Source of the DNA: an uncultured Anaerolineaceae bacterium
GTDB taxonomy: Bacteria > Chloroflexota > Anaerolineae > Anaerolineales > Anaerolineaceae
Direction of reading: 5' to 3'
DNA: 64,000 nucleotides
Assembly: GCA_964571135.1 (NCBI GenBank)
Contig: CAZMZW010000008.1
Span: 45,808-109,807, forward strand
The notes beneath the pieces are model-generated. The model had not been told where the DNA came from, did not search any database, and was given only the letters and a program-made list of their open reading frames with translations. Position 1 is the first letter of the stretch; each line of letters opens with the position of its first letter. Position numbers and translations under genes: made by a program. Positions 18,775 to 27,977 of the stretch are shown in pieces.

Positions 18775-19839
18775 ATGGCGTATCTTGAACTCAAAAATGT
18801 ATCCAAGACTTTTTCAAGCGTAATCGCTGTTCATGAGTTTTCATTAGAAATTAAAAAAGGTTCATTAGTTTCCTTTTTAGGTCCATCAGGGTGCGGAAAA
18901 ACGACAACATTAAGAATGATCGCTGGCTTTGAGCAACCTGATACAGGAACAATAGAGTTAGACGGCAGTGATATTACAGATATGCCACCCAATCAACGTG
19001 ACATCGGAATGGTATTCCAATCCTATGCGCTCTTTCCGAATATGACCGTTCGAGAAAATGTAGCATTTGGCTTACAAATGAAAAAGAAATCCAAAGAGGA
19101 AATAGAAAAGAGAACAAATGAAGTGCTTGAAATGGTTCGATTGCAAGATACCGCCAAACGTTACCCTCATCAACTCTCTGGCGGTCAACAACAGCGGATT
19201 GCACTTGCTCGTGCACTTGCTGTTCAGCCCCGTGTCCTGTTGTTAGATGAACCATTATCTGCGTTGGATGCTGAAGTGCGGGTTGTATTGCGTGGAGAAA
19301 TTCGCCGTATTCAATCTGAGCTGGCCATAACAACAGTCTATGTAACACACGACCAGGAAGAAGCACTATCTATTTCAGATATGGTTGTGGTCATGAATAA
19401 AGGAATGATCCAACAGATAGGAACACCAGAGGAAATATACCGGGCACCTCAAAATCGATTTGTCGCTACATTCATTGGTACAGCCAATCAATTTTTCGGC
19501 AAGATTTCTGCAAAAGACAATGTGGCTTGTGAAAATTTCACATTGATAACGGGTGTTTTGAAGGATTTTAAGCAAGATCAAAAAGTGGTTGTATTGGTAC
19601 GTCCGGAAAATATTTTGATCCAACCTGAAAAACCCGACCGATCAGGGTGGAATATTCTTCAAGGAGTTGTGGAGACAATTACATTCCATGGCGCTGTAAC
19701 AAGAATTAGTTTGAATGTAAATGATCAAAGAGTAGTAGCAGATACAACTGTTTCTTCCAACACTGCTGTTGTTCTAAATCAGAAAATCTGGCTCTTATTT
19801 CCGCCAAGTTCTTGTCAAGTGATGCCTGTTACTGAATGA
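18775..19839 (+). CDS. ABC transporter ATP-binding protein (PotA/FbpC type with C-terminal TOBE-like domain)
   Basis: 354 aa. Walker A GPSGCGKTT, signature LSGGQQQR, Walker B LLLDEP. AAAGGA SD upstream. Confidence 0.92.
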   Translation: MAYLELKNVSKTFSSVIAVHEFSLEIKKGSLVSFLGPSGCGKTTTLRMIAGFEQPDTGTIELDGSDITDMPPNQRDIGMVFQSYALFPNMTVRENVAFGLQMKKKSKEEIEKRTNEVLEMVRLQDTAKRYPHQLSGGQQQRIALARALAVQPRVLLLDEPLSALDAEVRVVLRGEIRRIQSELAITTVYVTHDQEEALSISDMVVVMNKGMIQQIGTPEEIYRAPQNRFVATFIGTANQFFGKISAKDNVACENFTLITGVLKDFKQDQKVVVLVRPENILIQPEKPDRSGWNILQGVVETITFHGAVTRISLNVNDQRVVADTTVSSNTAVVLNQKIWLLFPPSSCQVMPVTE

Positions 19840-19925
19840 TCAATAATGACGCTTATAAAATTGTCTTGATAAATGTGCATTAATTTTTAGTTTTGTTTAT
19901 TACTATATCCGTATAAGGAGAGAAA

Positions 19926-20744
19926 ATGCCAACAACAGGTGAATCCATCCGATTAGCCAGACTTTTTTCTGAAGGCAAAAATGCATTAATTGTCGCAGTA
20001 GATCATGGGTTATACTTCGGCCCTTTGCCGGGAATGATCGACTTACCTTCGATCATTCAGAAAGTGGCAGGAGCTGATGCCATATTAATGGCTCCCGGAA
20101 TGCCTGCCCATTGCCAGGATGTCTTTTCAAAAAGAGGAGCTCCAGCCTGTATCATTCGATTGAACTGGGGATCAAATTATGCAGCAATGTGGAAATATAA
20201 GCATTCTTACAGCGTTCCAATGCTTTCTGTAGCTGATGCAGTCACACAGGGAGCTGATATTGTTATAGGAAGCTTGAGTCTGAAAAATCCCGATGAAGTG
20301 GAAGATGCTCAAAATATTGAGGTATTCTCTGATTGTGTATCTCAAAAGCGAGCACTGGGTATTCCTTTGATCGGCGAAGTATATCCGACTGGTGGGGATG
20401 ACTACAAACCCGAAGATCTTCAGGATGAAATATTCATTGGATGCCGGATTATTTCTGAACTTGGAGCTGATCTGGTTAAGACCTTTTATACTGGGAAGCG
20501 TTTTGCCGAAATAACTGCTGCCACTCCTGTACCCGTACTTGCATTAGGCGCTAAAAAATTACCGAAAGAAAGTGATGCTCTGCGATTGGCAGCGGATTCA
20601 ATTGAAGCAGGGGCACGTGGAATAGTCTATGGCAGGAATGTGATCCAATCCAAGGATCCAGCACGTTTGCTAGACGCGCTTAAGGAAGTGGTAAAGGATT
20701 TTCAGGCACCCGATAAAGTAGCTGCAAAATATAAACTGGATTAG
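19926..20744 (+). CDS. class I aldolase, DhnA/FbaB (LsrF) family
   Basis: 272 aa. VAVDHG N-motif and a candidate Schiff-base lysine context GADLVKTFYTG. Strong AAGGAGAG SD. Confidence 0.78.
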   Translation: MPTTGESIRLARLFSEGKNALIVAVDHGLYFGPLPGMIDLPSIIQKVAGADAILMAPGMPAHCQDVFSKRGAPACIIRLNWGSNYAAMWKYKHSYSVPMLSVADAVTQGADIVIGSLSLKNPDEVEDAQNIEVFSDCVSQKRALGIPLIGEVYPTGGDDYKPEDLQDEIFIGCRIISELGADLVKTFYTGKRFAEITAATPVPVLALGAKKLPKESDALRLAADSIEAGARGIVYGRNVIQSKDPARLLDALKEVVKDFQAPDKVAAKYKLD

Positions 20745-20745
20745 T

Positions 20746-22272
20746 ATGGAATATCTACTTGGAATTGATGCAGGTACAACTTCGGTAAAGTCAGCAATAT
20801 TTACTGCAGATGGCCGTTGTATGGGAATCAGCCGTAAAGAATATCAGCTTGAGACACCTGCTGCTGATCGGGCTCAATTGGATGCAGAAATCTATTGGCA
20901 GTCTTGCATCTGTACAGTTCGCGAAGCGGTGAAACTGGCAGAAATAAATGTTGATCAAATCCTGTGCCTTTCGGTATCATCCCAGGGAGAGACAATCATT
21001 GCAATGGGTGACCAAGGTAATCCAACCTATCCGGCTTTAGTATGGATGGATAATCGGGCCATGACCCAGGCAGCTAAACTTGCCGAACAATTTCAAAATC
21101 TTACATACAGTCATACTGGAATTCCAGAGATTATTCCCACCTGGTCTGCATGCAAAATACTGTGGATCAAAGAAAATGAACCTGAAGTATTCGCAAGAGC
21201 ACATAAATTTGTACTAGTTCAAGATTATCTGATCTATCGATTAACTGGAAAATATTTCACCGACGGTTCAATTTCCAGCACAACCCTTTATTTTGATATT
21301 CAAAAAAACGATTGGTGGGAAGATATTCTTAAAGCGATTGGGATAAATAAAATTCAACTTCCAACTCTCGTTGCACCAGGAACTATTATTGGGAATATAA
21401 GTACAACTGCCTCTAACGATCTTGGTCTTTCAACAACCACACAGGTTGTTTGTGGAGGAATGGATCAGTCCGTAGGTGCCATTGGAGCTGGCAATTATAA
21501 ATCTGGAATAATATCAGAAACAACTGGGGCTGCACTGACGATCCAGGCAACAATTTCCGATCCTTTGATCGATCCAACAAGGTCAATCCCAGTATATTTT
21601 CACAGCGTTCCCAATTTGTATTTATTTGTACCCGTATGTCCTACTGGTGGGATGGCGCTCAAATGGTTCCGGGATCAATTTGGTCTTCTCGAAATCTCCA
21701 ATGCAGAAGGACAAGATAAAGATAGTTATGATTTGATGACCTCGCTTGCCGAAACGATACCACCTGGTGCAGATGGTTTGGCCATGCTGCCGCATTTGAT
21801 GGGTGCTTTCAGTCCAGAACCTAACGCATTGGCACGTGGTTCTTTTACTGGTTTTACCCTGAGACATACAAAAGCACATTTTATCCGTGCTCTATTAGAA
21901 GGTGTGGCTTTTATGTTAAAACGTAATATTGAAACGATAGAAAAAGCAGGAATTAATATTACTGAAATCGTTTCTACTGGTGGAGGAGCCCGAAGCCGGC
22001 TCTGGAATCAAATCAAAGCAAACGTATTGAACAAGACAGTGGTCACCCTAAAAAATGAAGAGACAGCGTTAACGGGAAATGCAATCCTCGCCGGTGTTGC
22101 CTGTGGAATCTTTAAGACGATTGATGAGACCTGCAAAGTGATGGTTTCCCGGGATAAGATATTTCGTCCTGATAAAGATGTGGCTGCGTATACACAACCA
22201 TATGCGATTTACTGCACTCTCGATCAGGTTCTATCTAATTATTACAAAAGTAGTTATTCTGAAAAGAAATAA
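20746..22272 (+). CDS. FGGY-family carbohydrate kinase (xylulokinase/fuculokinase-like)
   Basis: 508 aa. N-terminal LGIDAGTTSVK, and C-terminal FGGY motifs (GGGARSRLWNQIKANV). Confidence 0.88.
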   Translation: MEYLLGIDAGTTSVKSAIFTADGRCMGISRKEYQLETPAADRAQLDAEIYWQSCICTVREAVKLAEINVDQILCLSVSSQGETIIAMGDQGNPTYPALVWMDNRAMTQAAKLAEQFQNLTYSHTGIPEIIPTWSACKILWIKENEPEVFARAHKFVLVQDYLIYRLTGKYFTDGSISSTTLYFDIQKNDWWEDILKAIGINKIQLPTLVAPGTIIGNISTTASNDLGLSTTTQVVCGGMDQSVGAIGAGNYKSGIISETTGAALTIQATISDPLIDPTRSIPVYFHSVPNLYLFVPVCPTGGMALKWFRDQFGLLEISNAEGQDKDSYDLMTSLAETIPPGADGLAMLPHLMGAFSPEPNALARGSFTGFTLRHTKAHFIRALLEGVAFMLKRNIETIEKAGINITEIVSTGGGARSRLWNQIKANVLNKTVVTLKNEETALTGNAILAGVACGIFKTIDETCKVMVSRDKIFRPDKDVAAYTQPYAIYCTLDQVLSNYYKSSYSEKK

Positions 22273-22314
22273 AAGTTGAAATAATAAAATATCAAAGATA
22301 AAAGGAATTTGAAA

Positions 22315-23703
22315 ATGGCAACAAAACCAAAAGTTGGTGTTCTTGTGATGGCTCTACTGGAAGATGACTATAACAAAACTGCGCATGTCCGCCCAATGGC
22401 ACAGAAAATGGCAGACAAAATTGGAAGGATTGTTGGCAAGTATGCTGAAACGATCTGTCCTCCATTGATGGAAGAAGAAAACCAAGCCGAAGAAGCAGCA
22501 AAAATGTTCAACGCTGCTGGTGTTGATTTAATCATTGCAGTTGAAGTAGCTTATACCAAAGGGCTTGTACCAACGCGCTGCTTTTTAAACACAACTGCGC
22601 CTGTTTTGGTGTGGAACACCCAACAAATCGAATTTCTACCGGAAAATGCTGATTTCGATTTGATTATGGTTAATTCAGGAATGGCTGGTGTTCCAGAAAT
22701 GACCTCATCCTTACTGCGAATCGGACGTCAATTCTGGATGGTGACATCCATGATGGATGATCCTCAGGGACAACAAAAAATTGCTGATTATATTGCAGCA
22801 GCAGGATTGATGCGTTATTTAAAAACTTCACGTATTGCTGTTTTTGGCCATGCCTTTGAAGGAATGACCGACCTGATGATGGATAATCTCAGTCTCAGGC
22901 AATTTATTGGGCCCGTCTGCTGGCCAGTTGAACCCGTAAAAGTATCTGTTGCAATGAGTGAAATTTCTCATTCAGAAGTGAAGAAACTTGTAGAAACCGA
23001 ATCGAAGAGATATAAGATCGACATGCCTGCCGATCAGTTAGAGCGGTCCTGCCGCCTAGGATTAGCGCTTGAAAAAGTGACCAGGGAAGGAAAATTTAAT
23101 GCGGTAGCTTCATTTGACCAGGTTTGGATGACCGATCTGCGTATTGGTATTATTCCTTCTTATGGAACGGGACGACTTTGTGAGCTTGGTATCCCTTGCT
23201 CAACGGAGGCAGATATCACTACAGTGACAGCGATGATGATGCTCCAAGAAATTGCTGGGAAATCGACGTTTTTGGAAAATTACGTGATCGATTTTAAACA
23301 AAACGCGATCATTCTTTCACATGATGGACATGGCAACCCAGCGATGGCTGCAAAACCAGGAGATGTAACCCTGAAAAATAGTATTTACTATCAGGGAGTG
23401 AATGGGTTTGGTGCAGGATTTGAATTTGCTTATGCACCTGGTCCGGTCACAAACCTGGCACTGGTAAATGTCAATAACCGCTGGCGTGTTATTATTTCCG
23501 AAGGGGAGTCGATTGCAATTAAACCCCGGCCTGTAGCAGCACCTCAAATGCTCTTCAAACCCAAATCACTCAATATCCGAGATTGGTGTGATGCCTGGTG
23601 TAAAGCCGGCTCACCACATCATATGGCAGTTGCCTTTGGTCATTTAAACGAAAAAATCAAGATTTACGCTGAAATGCAAGGAATTGATGTGTTTGAAGTT
23701 TAA
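22315..23703 (+). CDS. L-fucose/L-arabinose isomerase family protein
   Basis: 462 aa from the ATG at 22315 (AAAGGA SD 8 nt upstream). Overall resemblance to the FucI/AraA-like aldose-ketose isomerase superfamily. Substrate unknown. Confidence 0.72.
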   Translation: MATKPKVGVLVMALLEDDYNKTAHVRPMAQKMADKIGRIVGKYAETICPPLMEEENQAEEAAKMFNAAGVDLIIAVEVAYTKGLVPTRCFLNTTAPVLVWNTQQIEFLPENADFDLIMVNSGMAGVPEMTSSLLRIGRQFWMVTSMMDDPQGQQKIADYIAAAGLMRYLKTSRIAVFGHAFEGMTDLMMDNLSLRQFIGPVCWPVEPVKVSVAMSEISHSEVKKLVETESKRYKIDMPADQLERSCRLGLALEKVTREGKFNAVASFDQVWMTDLRIGIIPSYGTGRLCELGIPCSTEADITTVTAMMMLQEIAGKSTFLENYVIDFKQNAIILSHDGHGNPAMAAKPGDVTLKNSIYYQGVNGFGAGFEFAYAPGPVTNLALVNVNNRWRVIISEGESIAIKPRPVAAPQMLFKPKSLNIRDWCDAWCKAGSPHHMAVAFGHLNEKIKIYAEMQGIDVFEV

Positions 23704-23741
23704 TTAATGTTTTGGAATATTGTTTGGATGGAGAATAGACC

Positions 23742-24524
23742 ATGCAAGATTTAAGTGCAGCTGAAAGAAGATCTCAAATAGCCCAAATGGTTATGGAAAA
23801 AAACAGGATTTATGTCTCAGAACTGGTAACCATGTTTCAAGTAACTGAAACTTCCATCCGGCGTGATTTAACAATTTTGGAAGAAAGCCAGCGTCTTCAG
23901 CGTGTTCATGGTGGAGCAATTCCCATCCCTGGAAATTTACGAACAGATTCGTTTTCAGAGAAAAAAGAATTACACATTAAATCAAAAGAACGAATTGGGA
24001 AAGCCGCGGCTGAAATGGTCAAACAAGGAGATATTTTGTTGTTGGATTCAGGAACCACAACCTTACAGGTGATTAACAATATTCCTGCCGCGTTACGGGT
24101 ACACAACCTGATCACATTAGTAACCAATTCTCAGCCCATTGCCCAGGAAGTACTTAATTGGCCATCACCAAACCTGACTATTTTGGGTGGACTTTTTATG
24201 CCAGACTACCAGGCAACCATCGGTCCGGAAACATTAACCCAATTAATGGGAATAATGGCTGATCTTGTTTTTCTGGGTACGGATGGATTGACGTTAAGTG
24301 GAGGAGTAACAACTGCAAATATATTAATGGCAGAAGTGGACCGTAAAATGGTTGAACACTCAAGAAAAGCCATACTAATCACAGATAGCAGCAAAATTGG
24401 CAGGGTAGGGTTTGTACCAGTAAAACCGGTTTCTGCTTTTCAAACGATTATTACTGACTCGAATGCTCCGATAGATTTCATTCAATCAATTAAGGATTTA
24501 GGCGTCGAGGTTGTAATTGTTTAG
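23742..24524 (+). CDS. DeoR/GlpR family transcriptional regulator
   Basis: 260 aa. N-terminal wHTH (VSELVTMFQVTETSIRRDLTILE) and a C-terminal sugar-phosphate sensor domain (LDSGTTT, FLGTDG). Confidence 0.9.
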   Translation: MQDLSAAERRSQIAQMVMEKNRIYVSELVTMFQVTETSIRRDLTILEESQRLQRVHGGAIPIPGNLRTDSFSEKKELHIKSKERIGKAAAEMVKQGDILLLDSGTTTLQVINNIPAALRVHNLITLVTNSQPIAQEVLNWPSPNLTILGGLFMPDYQATIGPETLTQLMGIMADLVFLGTDGLTLSGGVTTANILMAEVDRKMVEHSRKAILITDSSKIGRVGFVPVKPVSAFQTIITDSNAPIDFIQSIKDLGVEVVIV

Positions 24525-24595
24525 AACTATCCACATTTTTCATTTCGCTTCATAGGATTGATGTTTCCTTTATCTAAAAAAAGGCAAAAGGTTAA

Positions 24596-25306
24596 ATGTA
24601 TTCAGGAATAAAAATAGAACCTCCTTTTTTTGAAATAGGACCAAAAGCTTATTTATATGGTAAGGAGGTTCTCAAATTAGCAATCTATGCGGATAAAATT
24701 AGTGAAAAATATAATATTCAGATTATTTTTACTCCTCAATATGTCGATATTCCAATCATTGCCCGCGAAACTAAAAGATTATTGATATTTGCCCAACATA
24801 TGGATTCACTTCCAATTGGCAGAGGAATAGGATCTGTTTTACCAGAAGCCTTGAAAGCAGATGGAGCTGTGGGAGTTTTATTAAACCATGCCGAAAAAAG
24901 ATTATCACATATTGAAATAATGCGTACTGTTAAAAGAGCTGATGATGTTGGTCTGGCTTCCTTAGTTTGTGCCGATACTAAGGAAGAATCAGCGGAGATA
25001 GCGCGAATGCAGCCAAATATCGTTTTAGCAGAATCGCCAGAATTAATCGGGACTGGGAAGCGTAAGGATGAAGATATAAAAATGATTGAGCAAATCAATC
25101 ATATTGTCTGGGAGGTCAATCCCCAAATTCTAGTGTTACATGGCGCGGGGATAAAATGCGGTCAGGATGTTTATAATATTATTTCATCGGGAGCTCAGGC
25201 CACAGGTTCCACAAGTGGAATTATTTTAGCTAAAGATCCTTTAGCAATGGTAGAAGAAATGATCAAAGCCGTGCGAAATGCATGGGATGATACTCATAAT
25301 GAATAG
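24596..25306 (+). CDS. triosephosphate isomerase family protein, short archaeal-type
   Basis: 236 aa. LLNHAEKR (His), AESPELIGTG (Glu) and HGAGI match archaeal-type TIM motifs. The N-terminal Lys context is GPK rather than N-x-K. Confidence 0.7.
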   Translation: MYSGIKIEPPFFEIGPKAYLYGKEVLKLAIYADKISEKYNIQIIFTPQYVDIPIIARETKRLLIFAQHMDSLPIGRGIGSVLPEALKADGAVGVLLNHAEKRLSHIEIMRTVKRADDVGLASLVCADTKEESAEIARMQPNIVLAESPELIGTGKRKDEDIKMIEQINHIVWEVNPQILVLHGAGIKCGQDVYNIISSGAQATGSTSGIILAKDPLAMVEEMIKAVRNAWDDTHNE

Positions 25307-25314
25307 GAGTTAAA

Positions 25315-25812
25315 ATGTCAGTTTTTCACGATTCTTTTACAATTCAGTCAGACCGGAGACCGACATTCGACGACGTAACAGATAAGGTTCAAGGAGTTTT
25401 AAGAAAATCAGGAATCAAGAATGGAATTCTTTTAGTATTTTCACAACATACAACCTGCAGTGTGATGATCCAGGAAGATTCTGATGATATAAATTATTGG
25501 GGTACAAAGTTAGTTATGCAGGACTTGGTGAATACACTTGAAAAAATTATCCCAACTTGCAATACAGAAGGGCAATATCTGCACCCAGGTCCCACACACA
25601 TTAAATACGCCGCAGGCAGAAACGAACTTCCAGCCTGGAGCCTTAATACTGATGCTCATTTACGATCAGTGATCTTGGGGAGATCAGAAACGATTCCGAT
25701 TATTGAAGGAAAGCTCACTCTTGGTGAGTTTGGTAGAATTTATTTTGCAGATTTTGATCAAGTCCGGGCGAGAGAAAGAACGGTAAGGGTACAGATCGTA
25801 GGGGAAAAGTAA
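25315..25812 (+). CDS. YjbQ/UPF0047 family protein (secondary thiamine-phosphate synthase family)
   Basis: 165 aa. YjbQ-like motifs (VFSQHTTCSVMIQE, AHLRSVILG). AGGAG SD upstream. Confidence 0.8.
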   Translation: MSVFHDSFTIQSDRRPTFDDVTDKVQGVLRKSGIKNGILLVFSQHTTCSVMIQEDSDDINYWGTKLVMQDLVNTLEKIIPTCNTEGQYLHPGPTHIKYAAGRNELPAWSLNTDAHLRSVILGRSETIPIIEGKLTLGEFGRIYFADFDQVRARERTVRVQIVGEK

Positions 25813-25900
25813 TTCTGAATTCAAAAATATTTCAGTTTTCTCTAGCACTGAATATTTATAAGTTTAGTTCTTAATTATGTAATCAAATATAAGAACAGAA

Positions 25901-26338
25901 CTATTTTTTATCGAGGGGACGAATACCTTTATATACTGTCGGTCCAGATAATGTGATCAATATTGTATTGGCTGGTCGATTAATTATTTTTGATAATTGA
26001 TCAGGGGATAATTGTTGGTTGTTATTTGATAGCAATACTCTGAAAACGGTCGAAATAAGCGAAGAATCGCGCGAAATGAAATCTGGCATTTTTGCACAGT
26101 GGTTCAACAATGTATGAAGCAGACCATCGACAGATTTTACTTCAGCAGTTTCAGGGTCAATAAAATCAATCACAACATTTACATCTTGGTCTTTATAGGT
26201 CAATTGATGTGATTCGCAAAGTAAATTGAAAAGAAAAACACGCCAATCACTATCATGTTGTTTCCACCACTCAAAGTCTATGTGAAAAGGAGTATCAGTT
26301 GTGGGTTTAACTATACTGAATCTTGTCTGTTCGCTCAT
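25901..26338 (-). CDS. hypothetical protein (145 aa)
   Basis: ORF with an ATGA start/stop overlap to the upstream 527-aa ORF. No TM helix, no signal peptide and no recognisable motif. Confidence 0.6.
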   Translation of the reverse strand: MSEQTRFSIVKPTTDTPFHIDFEWWKQHDSDWRVFLFNLLCESHQLTYKDQDVNVVIDFIDPETAEVKSVDGLLHTLLNHCAKMPDFISRDSSLISTVFRVLLSNNNQQLSPDQLSKIINRPANTILITLSGPTVYKGIRPLDKK

Positions 26339-27918
26339 AAAGCGCCCTCAGAATTATCTGCGATTCGAAAGTATAAATCCCCAAGATGTTTCACATCTTT
26401 ATTAGTAAGGAGATAATTGAGAATCATCCCAGGGGGGCATCTTTTTAGAAAATTCACTGCTGCATAGAGTTCTTGTGCATGAATTTGTGGATTTAACTTG
26501 GAAAGTTCGCGCATAATTTTCCAAATTATTCGATTAATATCCTCATTTTTATTTACATTTTTAAACCATATTTCCTCAAAACCTTCAGGATCAGGTACTG
26601 CAATGGACATACGTTCGTTAAATGTAACAAACACATTCTGTTTGAGCATTCCAAAAACTATACCTTGATCAGAACCGATTAAGGCTGTTCGCATCCATTC
26701 GCGTGATTGCCGGCATTTCTCGTAGAAAATAATAATTTCTCCCGGCTTATCACCCTTTTTTATATGAACAAGACTGCCTGGAATCAGGCCGCTAGTTTTA
26801 TACCACTCCTTTAATCCATATACATATTTATGGGGTCTGACAACCCATCCAGGAAAACTTTTTTTATTTTCCTCATCAATAAAAGTGAAACAAACTCTAG
26901 GAGCTTCATATGCAGTGGGGAAAAGTTTGGATAAGGAGTGAGAAAGTGGTAATGTGCCAGAACGCCAATGAGGGAAAATTAAACTTACCTTAATTTCACT
27001 ACTATTGTCTTTAGACTTTTCCCATTCTTCCAGTTCATCAAAAAGATCACCTTCAAATTGGGCTAAATAAGGTTTGACTAGTTCGTGGTCATAATCAAGT
27101 TTTTCATATTGGAGGAATGAAGGCGTTTTTCTTACGTCCTCTGGCTCTAAATCTTTCAAATGCCAAAGTGTCTCACCAGCAGGCCCAACTTCGTCAAAAC
27201 GTTGATCATCTTGAAGCACATAATTTAATGAAAATTCTATCAATTGAGAATTAACAGAACTATGTAAATCAATTTGATCCAGAAGCTGCTTTGTTGTTAA
27301 CGGGCCTCCTTTGCTTTCTTCTAATACTGCCTCTGCAAGATTTAAATGCCCAGTATTGATATCAACTAATAATGCCTTGGGGAACCAGCAGCCTGCAATT
27401 TTCACAAGCTCATTGTTTTTCTCAAGGTTTTTTTCAAGTACATTTAATAATTGATCACCGTATTGAATGATTACAAAATTGTTATCCAATAATGGTTCAG
27501 TTTTAATTGCGGTATTTGAGTTATTCAAGAGATGGTTAGCGAGATTACAGGCAAAAGAGGTCTTATCGCCATTTTCAAAAGTAAGATCGATAACATCAAA
27601 GGATTTATATTCAGGATTAAAGCCCTTGCGGACACTATCAATATGCCCATTTCTCCATTCTAAAGCTGGAAAAACCAAAGTCTGACCAATATCGTAATGG
27701 TCCTTGGGCAAGTAAATTACACTTCCAACTCTTTTATTTTCTTTCTCCAATGCCTCTTTGATCGCTTTAACGCGATTATCAATAATCAACCTTAATAATG
27801 AGCTAGGAGTCTGTGGGATTTCCAAATCTAATAATTGGTTATAAAGAAATTCGATATCCTCCTGGGAAATAACGAAATTATTCCAATAATCAGAATTTAT
27901 TATTTTTGGAGCGGTCAT
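26335..27918 (-). CDS. hypothetical protein (527 aa)
   Basis: Long uninterrupted ORF. Acidic, predicted cytosolic, no motif I can assign. A candidate TATAAT lies at 27958-27963 on the minus strand. Confidence 0.7.
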   Translation of the reverse strand: MTAPKIINSDYWNNFVISQEDIEFLYNQLLDLEIPQTPSSLLRLIIDNRVKAIKEALEKENKRVGSVIYLPKDHYDIGQTLVFPALEWRNGHIDSVRKGFNPEYKSFDVIDLTFENGDKTSFACNLANHLLNNSNTAIKTEPLLDNNFVIIQYGDQLLNVLEKNLEKNNELVKIAGCWFPKALLVDINTGHLNLAEAVLEESKGGPLTTKQLLDQIDLHSSVNSQLIEFSLNYVLQDDQRFDEVGPAGETLWHLKDLEPEDVRKTPSFLQYEKLDYDHELVKPYLAQFEGDLFDELEEWEKSKDNSSEIKVSLIFPHWRSGTLPLSHSLSKLFPTAYEAPRVCFTFIDEENKKSFPGWVVRPHKYVYGLKEWYKTSGLIPGSLVHIKKGDKPGEIIIFYEKCRQSREWMRTALIGSDQGIVFGMLKQNVFVTFNERMSIAVPDPEGFEEIWFKNVNKNEDINRIIWKIMRELSKLNPQIHAQELYAAVNFLKRCPPGMILNYLLTNKDVKHLGDLYFRIADNSEGAL

Positions 27919-27977
27919 AGATGATTAAGTGAAAAAACCTTTCTTGAAAGCGGCACTATTATACCCTAGCCAGATTA

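Noticed and set aside
24527-24535. DnaA-box-like CTATCCACA between deoR and the TIM gene
   Set aside because: It is a single 8/9 match with no cluster and no AT-rich unwinding element, so it is most likely chance.
12960-25812. Genomic-island interpretation of the sugar locus (next to a tRNA, higher GC)
   Set aside because: Hand counts on single 60-nt lines gave ~47-52% GC in the sugar genes. They gave similar values in lon, pgpH, phnE and the XDH genes, against ~32-38% in recG and degV. GC is therefore patchy everywhere. The locus abuts the 5' side of the tRNA, not the 3' side, and no integrase or flanking direct repeat is adjacent.
25813-25900. Terminator between yjbQ and the convergent hypothetical gene
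   Set aside because: Only imperfect AT-rich inverted repeats are present (AAATATTTCAG/CTGAATATTT with a bulge, and GTTCTTA/TAAGAAC with a 15-nt loop). These are too weak to call as a feature.
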